A DNA stretch of 64,000 bases, taken from the human T2T-CHM13v2.0 reference genome, Homo sapiens. The translations under genes were made by a program, and so were the position numbers. Each line of letters opens with the position of its first letter. Within the stretch, counting starts at the first letter, position 1. The DNA lies in NCBI RefSeq assembly GCF_009914755.1, contig NC_060927.1; one strand, given 5' to 3'. Below the pieces are notes generated by a model. The model was not told the origin of the DNA and made no database searches. It was given only the letters and a program-made list of their open reading frames with translations. This document shows, piece by piece, positions 1-11,845 of the stretch.

Positions 1-1043
1 CAGAATTATTATGTGGTTCAACACAACTTTGCATCTCATATTTGCCTGGCGCCAGTCAAAGTGAAGACAAACCCACAGTCAGTTCCTGTAGGGGCACAAA
101 ATAACAATTTGTATTTTCCTATAATGACCACAGGCTAACCAGCATCTAACCTGGGAAGGCCTCAAATATAGGCAGCCATTTAGAAATGTTTTCTTATGTT
201 ATGTCACCTCTATCAGAGAAAAGTGAGGAAGAAAGTGAGATTCAGAGAAACAGTAAGGTTGTGTGTTGGTTAGTGTCACTGGGAAATCTTACCCTAAAAT
301 GGAAAGAGGCTAGGAAAGAAGGAAAAAAAAAAAAAAGACAATAGATGATAGGAAGATTGAACAATGGGTTTTTTCGTTTTCTTTGTAAAGACCTGTAACA
401 AAGTTTTGAAATAAAGTACCATTGTAACATGATGTGCAACTACTAAGCTATAAAAAATGAGGAATTTTACAGAGACCAGTAATTAAAATAATGAATGTTC
501 AAAAATAAATAAAAATGAAATATTACTTTATTAAATTTATTGTTTTATTATACATATTATTAATTTTATTCTTAAATACTTGACATATTAATTTCAAGCA
601 CTTATTTTTAACACATTGACTTGAGAAAATGAGCCACAACCTATATAATGCTTAGCTAAAGAATAATTTAGGGAATTTAATTTGCTTTCAAAATATTTTC
701 CAAAGCAGTTTACTATACTTGTCTGTTTTCCTCCAGTTTTTTACATCCAGCCACCTTCCAGGCTAAAAATAAGTCATTTGTTATCTTGTGCAAAAACTCT
801 TGCCCTTTATAAGTAGGTATATTTGATTAAATATAAATAGTATCTAATAAATCTGCAAATTGCTGAGCCATGCATAAAGTCCTGTTGGCTTCTGCCCTTG
901 TGTTTTGATGATTCTAAGGTAAAATAAAAATATTTATGATTGATTACTTGCTATGGCACAAAACTGCAAGAGGAGATGTGATTAGTGGTAAACCAAAGAG
1001 AAGATACCAATTTATAATTCTCAAAGCATGGTAACCATATATA

Positions 1044-1519
1044 ATGTGGTCAATTGTATTTTCAAAAAATGGCCACAGTAATATTTCTCCTTCTACAGCA
1101 ATATTTTTAGATCCTTGCTATTCTCTCATCAAGAGCAAAAGTCTATTTTTCTTCCACTTGAAGCTGGGTAGAACTTTATAAATAAAACGTAAAATAGGTG
1201 ATATTATGTGACTCTAGAAGCTAGGTCATAGGTGGAATATGGCTTCTGCTTGGCTCTTTCTCTACCTCTCAAAACTCTCACCTTTGAAACCTAGCCGCCT
1301 CATGGAACTTGTAGACGTTCAGCTGATATCCTCCACTAACATTATAGATGACTGTCAGCATCAGCTGCTAGACCTATGAGTAAATGACACCCTTCCAGCT
1401 GCCCCTGTTGACACTGAGTGGAGCAGGGACAAGCTGAACTGAGTCCTACCCAAATTGAAAATTTATGAGCTAAATCAAAGCTGTTATTGTTTTTAAGCCA
1501 CTAAGCATTGGTAGTTTGT
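1044..1519 (+). mobile_element. Old MaLR LTR (MLT1G/H-like), 3' end interrupted by a younger MLT1 element
   Basis: Resembles the MLT1 LTR consensus: 'aaaatggccaca', 'gctaggtcata' and the 3' motif 'ttgtttttaagccactaag...gtagtttgtt'. Confidence 0.6.
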
Positions 1520-1702
1520 TGTTGTTTGGACAAAATTTTGTTCCCTCACACTCACATGTTGCACCCCTAAGCCCCAGTGTGACTGTATTTGTATACAGGC
1601 CCTTTAAAGAGGTAACTAAGATAAAACAAGGTCATCAGAGTGATGACCTAATCCAATAGTACTGGTGTTCTTACAAGAAGAGAAAAAGTTAGCAGAGCAT
1701 GT

Positions 1703-1763
<61 letters not shown>

Positions 1764-1803
1764 GAGAGAGAGAGAGAGAAACAGAGAGACAGAGAAAGAG
1801 AGA
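1703..1803. repeat. Compound microsatellite (TC)12(AC)17 followed by a GA-rich tract
   Basis: Directly visible in the sequence. Confidence 0.95.
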
Positions 1804-1987
1804 ATAAAGGCCAGATAAGGACACAGTGAGAAGGCAGCCCTTTACAACCTTCTATTGTCTTACAGAATACATATATCATCACGAACAGAATGTTTTTAGA
1901 AAAGTGAACATTAAAAATGCTTCAGGATAGACCTCAGATGAAAATGAGGAACATGTTATTAGAAGCTTAAGAAAATGCAATCATTAG

Positions 1988-2293
1988 TATCAACCTGAAA
2001 AAACAAATAAAGAAAATTATTGCCAAATATGTTAAGTTTATTCAGGAATGAGAATAAGGATTAGATTTCAGAATGCATAGAATGTCAAGCCAGCAGATAA
2101 ACCTTGTCAAAGCAGAAGAGGTGTGAAGGATGTAAAAGGGCTTCCTGTGGGATTTTTAGAAAGTCTTTGGTAAAAATTCTTATTTCAGACAAGTAAGCAT
2201 GAGCCTCCTCTCCTTTGTGCCTTCCCAGCCCTACTTTGTCTGGGCCTGACAAAAGTCAGGCCAGAAATCATTCTGCTATCGGCAACTTTCACA
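1988..2293 (-). mobile_element. Solo ERV1-class LTR (MER89/MER90-like) inserted in the MLT1 internal region
   Basis: The minus strand starts TGTGAAAGTTG and has AATAAA near its end. It splits the MLT-int sequence, with a 4-bp TSD-like pair ttag (1984-1987) / ttat (2294-2297). Confidence 0.55.
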
Positions 2294-3161
2294 TTATAAA
2301 GTGGCAAGGAACTTGGCAAAATTGTTTTCTCATATTTTCTCGAAGATAGAACCATGAGTGATAACCTTGGATACTTTGTGGAGGACATTTCTAAGTGAAG
2401 TATTAAAGGTGCAGCCTGGCATATCTTCACTGTTTATAGTAAAATGAGAGAGGAAAAAGATAAATGAGAGGAATTGTTAAAAAGAACCAGAACTTGAAGA
2501 TTTGAAAATTTCTCAACCTATCCATATTGCAAAAAAAATTAGAAAGCATGCTCTGGAGGGAACACCAGGGGTTTAACTGTCAATTGCTTCATAAAAAGAT
2601 ATGTGCATATCTTTATTTCTGGCTTCAACTGAGTGGGCTGATTAAATCCATAGGTAATCTATCAGTTGAGACTAAAGGGGACAGAGAAAATGGGAAAGAA
2701 TAAAAGAAGGCTGTCAGACTTCTGAAATGCTACGGGATGTGACAATAAAGCTATCCAGCTTCAAATACACTTGAAATAAAAGGAAGAATGACCCTGAAAG
2801 TGATTCAAAAATCAGGGCTGCACCTCCCACCACAGGGTAGGCTGTCTCCTCCTGAGTTTCAGAGATTAGGGCGAGGATGCCACTGCCCAGTGTCTCATTG
2901 CAAGGCCATTCTGTAGAGCCACAGGGGTAAGGCTGCCTCCTAAGGCTGTGGGGATGACCTGATGCCCAGTGGGACCAGAATGTAGAGTATTGAGCAAAAG
3001 AAGATGGTTTTTGAGCCTTGGCTTGCTAGTTTTGGACTTAATTGGGACCATCACTTCTTTCTTCTTTCTTACTTCCACTTTTTGGGATGGAAATGTCTTT
3101 CCTACCATTATATATTGAAAGCACAGAACTTGTCTGGTTTCACAGTTTCACTGCTGGAGAG

Positions 3162-3373
3162 GAATTTTGCCCCAGTATGACTCATATCTTGAATTTTACC
3201 ATTACCTGATTTAGATAATATTTAGATGAGACTTTGGACTTGAAATGTGTGCTGGAATGAGTTAAGAGAATTTTGCCCCAGTATGACTCATATCTTGAAT
3301 TTTACCATTACCTGATTTAGATAATATTTAGATGAGACTTTGGACTTGAAATGTGTGCTGGAATGAGTTAAGA
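3162..3373. repeat. Perfect 106-bp tandem duplication (2 copies)
   Basis: 3162-3267 is identical to 3268-3373. Confidence 0.95.
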
Positions 3374-3398
3374 CTTTTGGGGATATTGGGATGGGTTG

Positions 3399-3986
3399 TA
3401 TATTAGTCAAGGTTCTCCAGAGAAACAGAACCAATAAAATATGTATAGATATGTATAAGAGGAGATTTATTATGAAAACTGGCTCATGCAATTATGTAGC
3501 CTGAGAAGTCCCATAAGATGCCATCTGCAAACTGGAGAAACAGGAAAGCCAGTGGCATAATTCAGCCTAAGTCCAAAGTCCTGAGAAACAGGGAAGTCAG
3601 TGTTGTAACTCCCACTCCAAGCCTGAAGGCCTGAGAAACTGGAGGTTTGCTGGTATTGGTCCCACAGTCTGAGGGTTGGAGAACTAGGAGCTCCAATATT
3701 CAAGAGCAAAAAAAAAAAAAAAAAAAAAAAAAGAGAGAGAGATGGATATCCAAGCTCAAGAAAAGAGAGAATTCACTTTTTATCTGCTTTTATTTCTACT
3801 TGGACCCTCAAAAATTGGATGATCACCCCCCACATTGGTGAGGATAAATCTTCTTTACTCAGTCCACTGATTCAAATGCTAGTCTCTTCCAAAACACTCT
3901 CACAGACACAGCCAGAAATAGTGTTTTACCAGCTATTTCGGCATTCCTTAGCCTAGTCAAATTAGCACATAAAATTAACCTTCACA
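3399..3986 (-). mobile_element. MLT2 (ERV-L) solo LTR nested in the MLT1 internal region
   Basis: Typical reverse MLT2 termini 'tattagtcaaggttctccagagaaacagaaccaata' and 'cataaaattaaccttcaca'. Confidence 0.8.
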
Positions 3987-4254
3987 AGATGACTATATTG
4001 CATTAGAGAAGGACATAAATATTGCTGACCAGAGTAGAATGTCAGGGACTAAATTGTGTGGTGAAGTCTTAAAGCCCAATGTGACTGTTTTTGGAGATAG
4101 AATCTTTAAGGAGATAACTAAGGATAAATGGGGTAAAAAAATATGGGTTGCTAAATCCATAGGACTGGCACCCTTTATAGGAGAGGAAGAGATTCCAGAA
4201 GTATGTGAGCAGAGAGGAAAGACCACTTGACACCACAGTGAGAAACTGAGGGTG

Positions 4255-4650
4255 GAGATCTTCAACTATAATTGTAGATTCGTCTATTTATCTTTCCACT
4301 TCAGCCAGTTTGGGATTACATATTTTGAAGTTCTATTATTAGGTGTATTTATATTTAAAATTCTTGTATCTTCTGGATAAAGTGACCCCTTTATTATTAT
4401 GTGGTATTCTTCTTTATCCCTGGTAACATTCTTTGTTCTGAAGTCAATTTTTCTTGATATTAATAGAGTCACACCAACTTCCTTACGTTTAACGTCTGCA
4501 TCATTCAACCTTTTCTGTTCTGTAACTTTTAACGGAGCTATGTCTTTATATTCATAGTGAGTTTTTTATAGACAACATATAGATGGTTTTGTTCTTTCAT
4601 CCCAATAGTCTCTGCCTTTAATTAGGGTGGCTATACTTATATTTACATGT
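4255..4650 (-). mobile_element. Ancient L1M fragment (ORF2 endonuclease region)
   Basis: ORF 4284-4508 encodes VGVTLLISRKIDFRTKNVTRDKEEYHIIIKGS, homologous to L1 EN '[32 protein letters not shown]'. Confidence 0.85.
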
Positions 4651-5811
4651 ATTATGGATTAAATATTGTTCTAAATGTTGACTTTACAACAAGAAAATGT
4701 AACAAATATGAAGTTAATTATAAAGTAAATATATACAAACAAAACCTCACTTTTATCTGTTGTGTCATCAGAGTTCTGAGTAAGGTCATTTTGAAGGCAA
4801 AAAAAGATTATCCTACTAAAATTATTTTCAAGCTGTAGATGATCATGCCTTGATTTGGTCAAAATGGATTAGTTTTGATTGATCCACATCAAGATGTCTT
4901 AGCATATCCCCAAATGAACTCTCTTTTCTGATTATAGATATGAGTCATTCTTTATTACCTACATTAATGGTACCACTATACATTTTGAGGGTTGATTCCA
5001 CCATCCCGTGGCAATTCTACCATGATCATGTGCCCTTGAAACTTTAAATTTTGCTCAAGATAAAAAGCAAAAGAAAATGGGAACTTTTCTCTTAAACTTT
5101 GCTTCTCTCCAGAAGTTTGCAGTGGCTTAGCTACCTTATCAGTGCCAAAGCCTCCATTCTACTTCCCAGAATACAGAAATCATTCCCCATAAGGCTTTAA
5201 AGAGTACAGTCACATGGGTAAGCATAGGTCCAGAAGAAAAAAAAAAAAAAAGGAGTAAAGTCACAAAGAGAAAAGCTGCTATTTACTAAAGTTTCAATTA
5301 ATTCTCTTTATCTAAATACAAGTCTTTATCTTACCTCCCTTTCTTGAAAAGCACATTCATGTTGTATGTGAGACAGCTTTCTCTCTTCTCATTCATTTGG
5401 TACTTTTATGTGAAGAAATGCAGAGTGCTGATATTATCCAGAGAGTAACCCAATTGCCTTTAAAGAAAAGTATCTAAGAATCAGTTGCTGGGCTTCAAAG
5501 GAGAGATTATAAAAATACAAAGGATAACAAATTGAAGTAATAAACAATATTAAGTTTTAAGTATTTCACCATATATTGTAAGTAGGTGTTAGCTAGAAAA
5601 TAACAGAGAGGTTGAGGAAGAATACTCTCTTCATTCTCTCTTAACTGAATGCATGTGACTTCATTTTTGAGATGCTGTGTTTGTACCTGGAAAATTCCAT
5701 TAATTAGTTGTTTGTCTGAAAAGTTGAGAACTACAGTGGAGAATTTCTGTATACCAAATGCTCTGCTATATAGTTACAAAGAGAAAAATAATGTAAGAAA
5801 ATACAGTACAA

Positions 5812-6089
5812 GGCCAGGTATGGTGGCTCATACATATAATTCCAGCAGTTTGGGCATCCGAGGAGGGATGATCACTTGAGGCCAGAAGTTGGAGACCAGT
5901 CTGAGCAACATAGCAAGTCCCCATATCTATAAAAACATTTTAAAATGAGCTGGGCATGGTGGCACTCTCCTGTAGTCCCAGCTACTCGGGAGGCTGAGGC
6001 CAGAAGTTTAAGGCTGCGGTGAGCTGATTGTGCCACTGCACTCCAGCCTGGGTGACAGAGACCCTCTCTCAAAAAAAAAAAAAAAAAAA
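5812..6089 (+). mobile_element. AluJ-like SINE with a small right-arm deletion
   Basis: Dimeric Alu structure, poly(A) tail and J-type motifs 'aggctgcggtgagc' and 'accctctctc'. Confidence 0.9.
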
Positions 6090-6726
6090 GAGAAAAGGAA
6101 TGAAAATAAATTTGAGAAGTGAAATCTTCACCATTTTAGAAACCTAATCTCACTTGTTAATAATGACTAAAATTAGAGAATCTAGCTTTTAAAAATGTGG
6201 ATGGTAAATCACTTACACGTCTATACATTAAAGAAAAAGATGAACATGAATAAAGATATGCACCTAAATTTACAGAACTGAAAATATTTTCACACCTGTT
6301 GATTACTTTTTACTGAATGCGGGTCTAGAGTTCTTAATTTGCATAATTAATTATGTGGTTTTTAACTCATCCAAGATGCAACATATTTATTTGGACTTTA
6401 ATAAAATAACAAATTTTTAATTTGAAGAGACCTTAGAAATTATCTAGTTTAGGACAAGGGAAGATGAAACACTTGCCCAACAGCTCACTGCTAATTAGTT
6501 TGCTGAATTGGGATTAAAACCCATGTCTAATGATTTGCAATAGTGATAATAATAAATTAGAATAGTAGATTGCATTACAATTAGAAAAACACTTCCAAAC
6601 AAGCATCATTCTATCTAATGCACTTTCTACTACTTCTAACAGTTTCGTTTCTCCTATTCATTATAAGTAAACACTATGCTTGCATGCAAGGAATAAACTA
6701 TTTCACTCTTCTTTTATTTGGCTGAC

Positions 6727-6830
6727 TTTTTTTTTTTTTTTTTTTTGAGATGGGAGTCTTGCTCTGTCGCTCAAGCTGGAGTGCACTGGTGCGATCTCGG
6801 CTCACTGCAAGCTCTGCCTCCCGGGTTCAC
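6727..6830 (-). mobile_element. 5'-truncated AluY-like fragment with TSD
   Basis: Poly(T) plus the right-arm 3' end with 'gcaagctctgcctcccgggttcac'. Flanked by ttatttggctgacttt / ttacctggctgatttt. Confidence 0.85.
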
Positions 6831-6990
6831 TTACCTGGCTGATTTTTATTGGACCTGGGTAGCTTATTTTTTTAAGATGTATGTTATTCTTCTACCTTAA
6901 GCAAGGTAACTTCCCTATGTGACAACCAACAGCATTCAGATTTATTGACCTTCACAAATGAGAACAATAGGGTGTTTTTTTGTAGGTGTC

Positions 6991-7272
6991 TTTTGTTTTT
7001 TTGTTTTTGTTTTTGTTTTTGAGACACGGTCTCGCTCTTTTTCCCAGGATGGAGTGCAATCACGCTATCAAGGCTCACTGCCGCTTTGACTTCCCTGGCT
7101 CAAGCAATTCTTCAGCCTTCTGGATGATTTTTTTTTTTTTTTTTTTTTTTTTTGTAGAGATTGGGTTTTGCCATGTTGCCCAAGCTGGTCTCAAAACTCC
7201 AGGGTTCAAGTGATCTGCTTACTTTGGCCTCCCAAAATCCTGGGATTACAGGCCTGAACCACTGCACCCAAC
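6991..7272 (-). mobile_element. AluJ-like SINE with internal deletion
   Basis: Reverse Alu with a (TTTTG)n tail and an expanded central T tract. Confidence 0.85.
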
Positions 7273-9971
7273 AAAGAAAAATGAGCTTTTAATTCATATA
7301 TTCTGCAATTGAAATGCTTCTTGATACATAGCATTGTCTCAAGATACATTGATACAATTCATTTGATCTAAGCTGGAATTCAACCACTCATTGTATAAAA
7401 TTCCTTTGTTTGAATAGTTGTGTCTTACTCTTCTGTATTTATCAGAAGGGCATGAAATAAGTCTTTGAAATGTGTTCTAATATACTATTATACAATGACT
7501 AAAAATATAAAGCTAAATCCCTTTATTCTGTATCATGGTGAATTGGTCACTATTCTGCTTTCTCAAACATTTTCTTTCAAGCCTCTATTATATAAAAAGT
7601 TGATGGTAGTATCTCCAGAGAAAAAAGATACTTGCAAGTAGAGTTGAAGTTATAGTCAGAGTGGAAAGTATAATCAGTGGGGATTGGAGTATAAGAAAAT
7701 GAAGGTGACTGCTGTTTTGAATAACAAATAGATTTGATGACACACAAACCCATCATTTTAATATTTTGGAAGAACTACCAAAGACAAATATCCTGAAAAT
7801 ACAAAAAAAAAAATGCTACATTGTTAAATAGCACAATATTAAATTGTTTCATACAACATTTGTTTATATTTATAAGGAACAGTAAATTGTATCAGACTGT
7901 GTCTCAAAATTAGATTAATCTACAAATAAATTCAAGTTTTGCATGTAGATATAAAATGTAAATTTGATTTATAATAATGTTTGTCTATATTTACTTTTTT
8001 CTCCTTCACATTAAAATTGTGATTTTTAAAGTTTCTGTATTTACAGCATAAGCAGAATAATTCCATATATCAGGTATGATTTATTTTTCTTCCCCCATTG
8101 GGGAAATGAGCTAATTCCCAAGAATTATCAAGCATTATATATGGTTTCATTACCTTTGTTTATTCAGATACTATTCAATTGTCAACTTGATGGTGACTAT
8201 AAGACACAAGCTAGCAAGAAGGTTTTTCATTTTGATACCAAGAAGTCATTAGGATTAGCAAGTTAATGTTTATCAAATTACTCTGAACACTCAAGTGTAT
8301 GGTTCTGGATTAGTACAAAGGATTATCTGGTAAGCCAAATTAACAGAAGTGAACAGCATGGTAAAACAAGAATCATCTGCTTCTAGGAATTAAGTAATTA
8401 TATATAATTAATGAAAAGGAATAATAATTAGTGAACACATAGTACTTATGCAATAATCAGTTAACACTTTAAAAATAATTAACTTTCCTAATGACCATTT
8501 TCAGCAAAATTAATGTAGTTTGCATGAGTAGTTGGTGACAACAAAAATACTAATAGCTCCTCGTTACATCACTGCCAGAGGGGGTGGAAAGAGTACATTG
8601 AGGGCAAGCCTTCATGTTTTTCACCAGTATACGCTTCATGGTTCTTTTGCTGAACAATAATTCCCCTTCAGGAAATTTAGCTTTGGTTGAATTTCAGTAA
8701 TAAAAATATATGCATACATATTTATCATACATATATATGACATAAATACATACATATAATTACCATGTTTAAATGCCATTCATCACAGACTAATTTTTAA
8801 ACTATTTCAGTATCATCTTTGACACTTTCTCTTTCCTTCTTATATTCAGTCACCAATTTGCACATTTTTTCCTCTCTAGACCAATTTTAATTTTTCCATT
8901 GCCTTGCTCTCATCACTAAGTATCTGCTCTCCTCTAAGTAGCTTGCTTCAATTTTTAAATGCTCTTATATTTCATCTTAAGCATAATTAAAAATACTTTT
9001 TTTCCTAAAACCTGATTTTAGAACTAGGTCCAAGCCTAGTCAAAAAATAACAAAGTTCCCATGAGCTAAGAGATGAAGACAAAACACATCAGGGTGATAT
9101 TCCATCTGCTCAAAATCCAACCCATCTTCTTTCTCAGATTTTACTTCACATGTGTTTTAAAACTTCCTTGAATGAATGCAGTGGATACCCTATTTTCCCA
9201 AAGTTAATAATTCAGAAATCCAATGATAAGATGGTCAGATTCAAAATACTCTAAAATGCAAGCGATTGTAATAATCTTCCAATCTATGCTGAACTATCTC
9301 ATTAAGATTAGTAGTCAGGTAAATAACTAGTTACTAATTAGCATCAGAAAGAGAACTAAGTCCTGGTCAAGAAAACAATGAGATAAATCTTCTCCCTGCT
9401 GTGACTACACCTGTTTCTAAGTGGTCTACAGTTATTGCCAACTCTGTCTAGGAGAGTGAGAATATCTGTATAAATTTTTCTTTCTTTCATCCTTGACTTT
9501 TAAACATTTGCCTCAGGATCACACCAATTGGGTGGCCCTGGACTTGGCCATCTTAGACTCCTACATATTGTTTTTGGCAGAACATCTGTTGGGAGTTTTT
9601 TGCAACAAGACATTTTGCTAGACTATAAAGGGGAAAAAAGACGTATGAGAGACTAACTCAGCCCACAATATTGTCTTAAAGGCTACTAGGGGTCATTGCT
9701 GTAATAAGAGGGAGATTACATTAAGAAGGGATGGGTCTCCTGAAAAACGTGAAAAGGACAAAGACAAGGAATTCATCTTCATGCAGTGTTAAATCCAGGG
9801 GGACCTCAGAGGTATTTAGTCCAAATGCCTTATCTTACAAACGAGCTCCAAAAATATTGAGTAACTCATATAATATTCTACAGAGAGCCAATGTATGTTC
9901 TATAATTAGACAACAATGAGTATTCTCACTACTAGCTGGTCCATAATTTTTCTACAACTCCATGCTTTCAG

Positions 9972-10730
9972 TCAGGGTTCTCCAAAATGGAGTACATGCA
10001 TCCCAGGATGTAAGTAAGCCTAGGCACTGTACTGAGTGTAGAAAATATCAGCATCCCTAATTATCTGTCATTTTTATATTTAAAAAAAGAAAAAGAAATA
10101 AGTAATTAAGTTTTATAAGATTGTAATATACAGATTGACACTAGTGTACCCATTAGGGCAATATATATGTCATGTATTCATATAACCTACAGTGTTCAGG
10201 ATGCCCTGAGGAAAGAGTGGAACATCTCCAATTAGAAGAAATGGGACAGAGGTCACTTCATTTGTGCATTTGCTCTCATCTTGTTGATGTCACAGTCAAC
10301 ATTTGCACCAAAAAATGGCTTTCTGGTTTTACAGTTTTAACTAACAAATGAATTTACAAATTGTATTATCCAGTTTCAACTAAAGCTCCATAAAATAGGC
10401 AAGTGGCTTACAATAGCTCTTCCAATTAAAGTAAGGAATGAAAATAACAAAAATAATGTAAGTACCAGTAAGCAAAAAGAATGCTAGGGTTTACATTATT
10501 ATTAATTCTAGCATGAAAGTCTCCCTAGCCACACTGATTATTTACACACTGGCTACACTGGCCACACTTGATAAAATCAATGAAAGTCTAATAGGATTTG
10601 ATAAGAAATCAACAACAAAAAAATGTATATGAAGACCATTAAAAATATGAACAGCTATCCACTGCTAGTAACAAAAAACCTCACCCTAAATGTATATTGT
10701 GCCTTGAGATACTGGTTCATAATAATGATA
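9972..10730 (+). mobile_element. hAT-Charlie DNA transposon fossil (Charlie7-like)
   Basis: Starts 'cagggttctccaaaatggagtacatgcatccc'. Internal 'ggcaagtggctta' and 'cctcaccctaaatgtatattgtgccttgagata' resemble the Charlie transposase N-terminus (recalled consensus). Confidence 0.55.
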
Positions 10731-10839
10731 TTTGTATATTATTGGCTGGTATAATAAAAAATACTTGGACACTCCTGCCTAAATGAAGGATCCAGATATC
10801 AAATAACAATAGGCAGAAAAAAAAAACTGGAGAAAAAAA

Positions 10840-11250
10840 TGAATATCTCATCAATAGAAGAATGGATAAGCAAATTCTGGTATTTTATACAATAGAATAA
10901 TAGTCTGCAATTAAAAAAAAAGTATTATGAATGCAATGAACATGAATAAACCTCCAAAACACTATTTTGAGAGAAAGAAGCTAAACCAAAAAAGAAAAAA
11001 AGATGTGATTTTGTTAGTTTGGATTTCAAGTTGAAATGTTATCATAATGGAATTCAGAATAATGGTTCCTAAAGGCAGGAAAACCACAGGAAAGGGGGCC
11101 TAAGAGGACTTTGCAGGATGATGAAAATGTCCTATGTCTTGTTTTAGGTATTGGTTACACACACACCAGCATTTATCAAAATTTATTAAATTGTATACAT
11201 TTTAGGTCTGTATATTTCATTGTGTATAAAATTTACCTCAATAAAAAATG
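10840..11250 (+). mobile_element. Ancient L1 (L1MC/L1ME) 3' end
   Basis: 'tcaatagaagaatggataagcaaattctggtat', 'gatgaaaatgtcctatgtctt' and 'ttacctcaataaa'. Confidence 0.75.
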
Positions 11251-11624
11251 CTAAAAACATCTTTAAATAAATAATATGAGGTAGAATTTGTTGTACTTTT
11301 ATCAGAGGTTCCCATGTTCTAGCTCCTTTTATATGTTACTGTAATTTCCATTCATATCGTCCTCCGAAGCAGTAAGCTTCTTGGAGGTGGATACTGTGAC
11401 TTATTTGTTTCTGTTTTATTCTGCCTCCCACAAAATACCCATGACACTGGCTCAAGGCAGCTGTTGTTGAACAAATGAAAGAGGCACTAAATTTTTATGC
11501 ACTCGTTGTTTAATATCCTTTTAATTAGTGAGCAGTTCACCACAATAACTCCAGGAGGAAACTTCTCATTGCTCCTAGAACAATAGTAAATAAATTTTTC
11601 CAGGTCTCTGAAAGCACCTTATGT

Positions 11625-11845
11625 TTTAAATCAGTCAGTTTGGGATCCCAATTCCAGATGGATGGGCTTATTCTTACCTGTGGGACCTTAAGTAATTCAA
11701 TCTCTCTAGACCCATTTTCTCATCTATGTAAATGGAGATATTAAGACTCCACACAAAAGATATTGAGGATTATAAGTGATACAGAAAAGTACTATCTCCC
11801 AGCATGATGCATGTGACAAGCATACCATAAATGTTAGCCTTATTC
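11625..11845 (+). mobile_element. MIR SINE
   Basis: Core-like 'ttttctcatctatgtaaatggagata...ttgaggatta' and 3' 'ataaatgttagc'. Confidence 0.65.

Larger units (their letters stand above)
1520..4250 (+). mobile_element. Degraded MLT1A/B-like MaLR provirus: 5' LTR ~1520-1850, internal region, 3' LTR ~4040-4250
   Basis: Two similar LTR starts (ccc..tgtgactgt.tttg...taag). Internal MLT-int motifs 'gaaaatgaggaacatgttatt', 'ttataaagtggcaaggaacttggc' and 'gaatgagttaagacttttggggatattgggatgg'. Confidence 0.7.
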
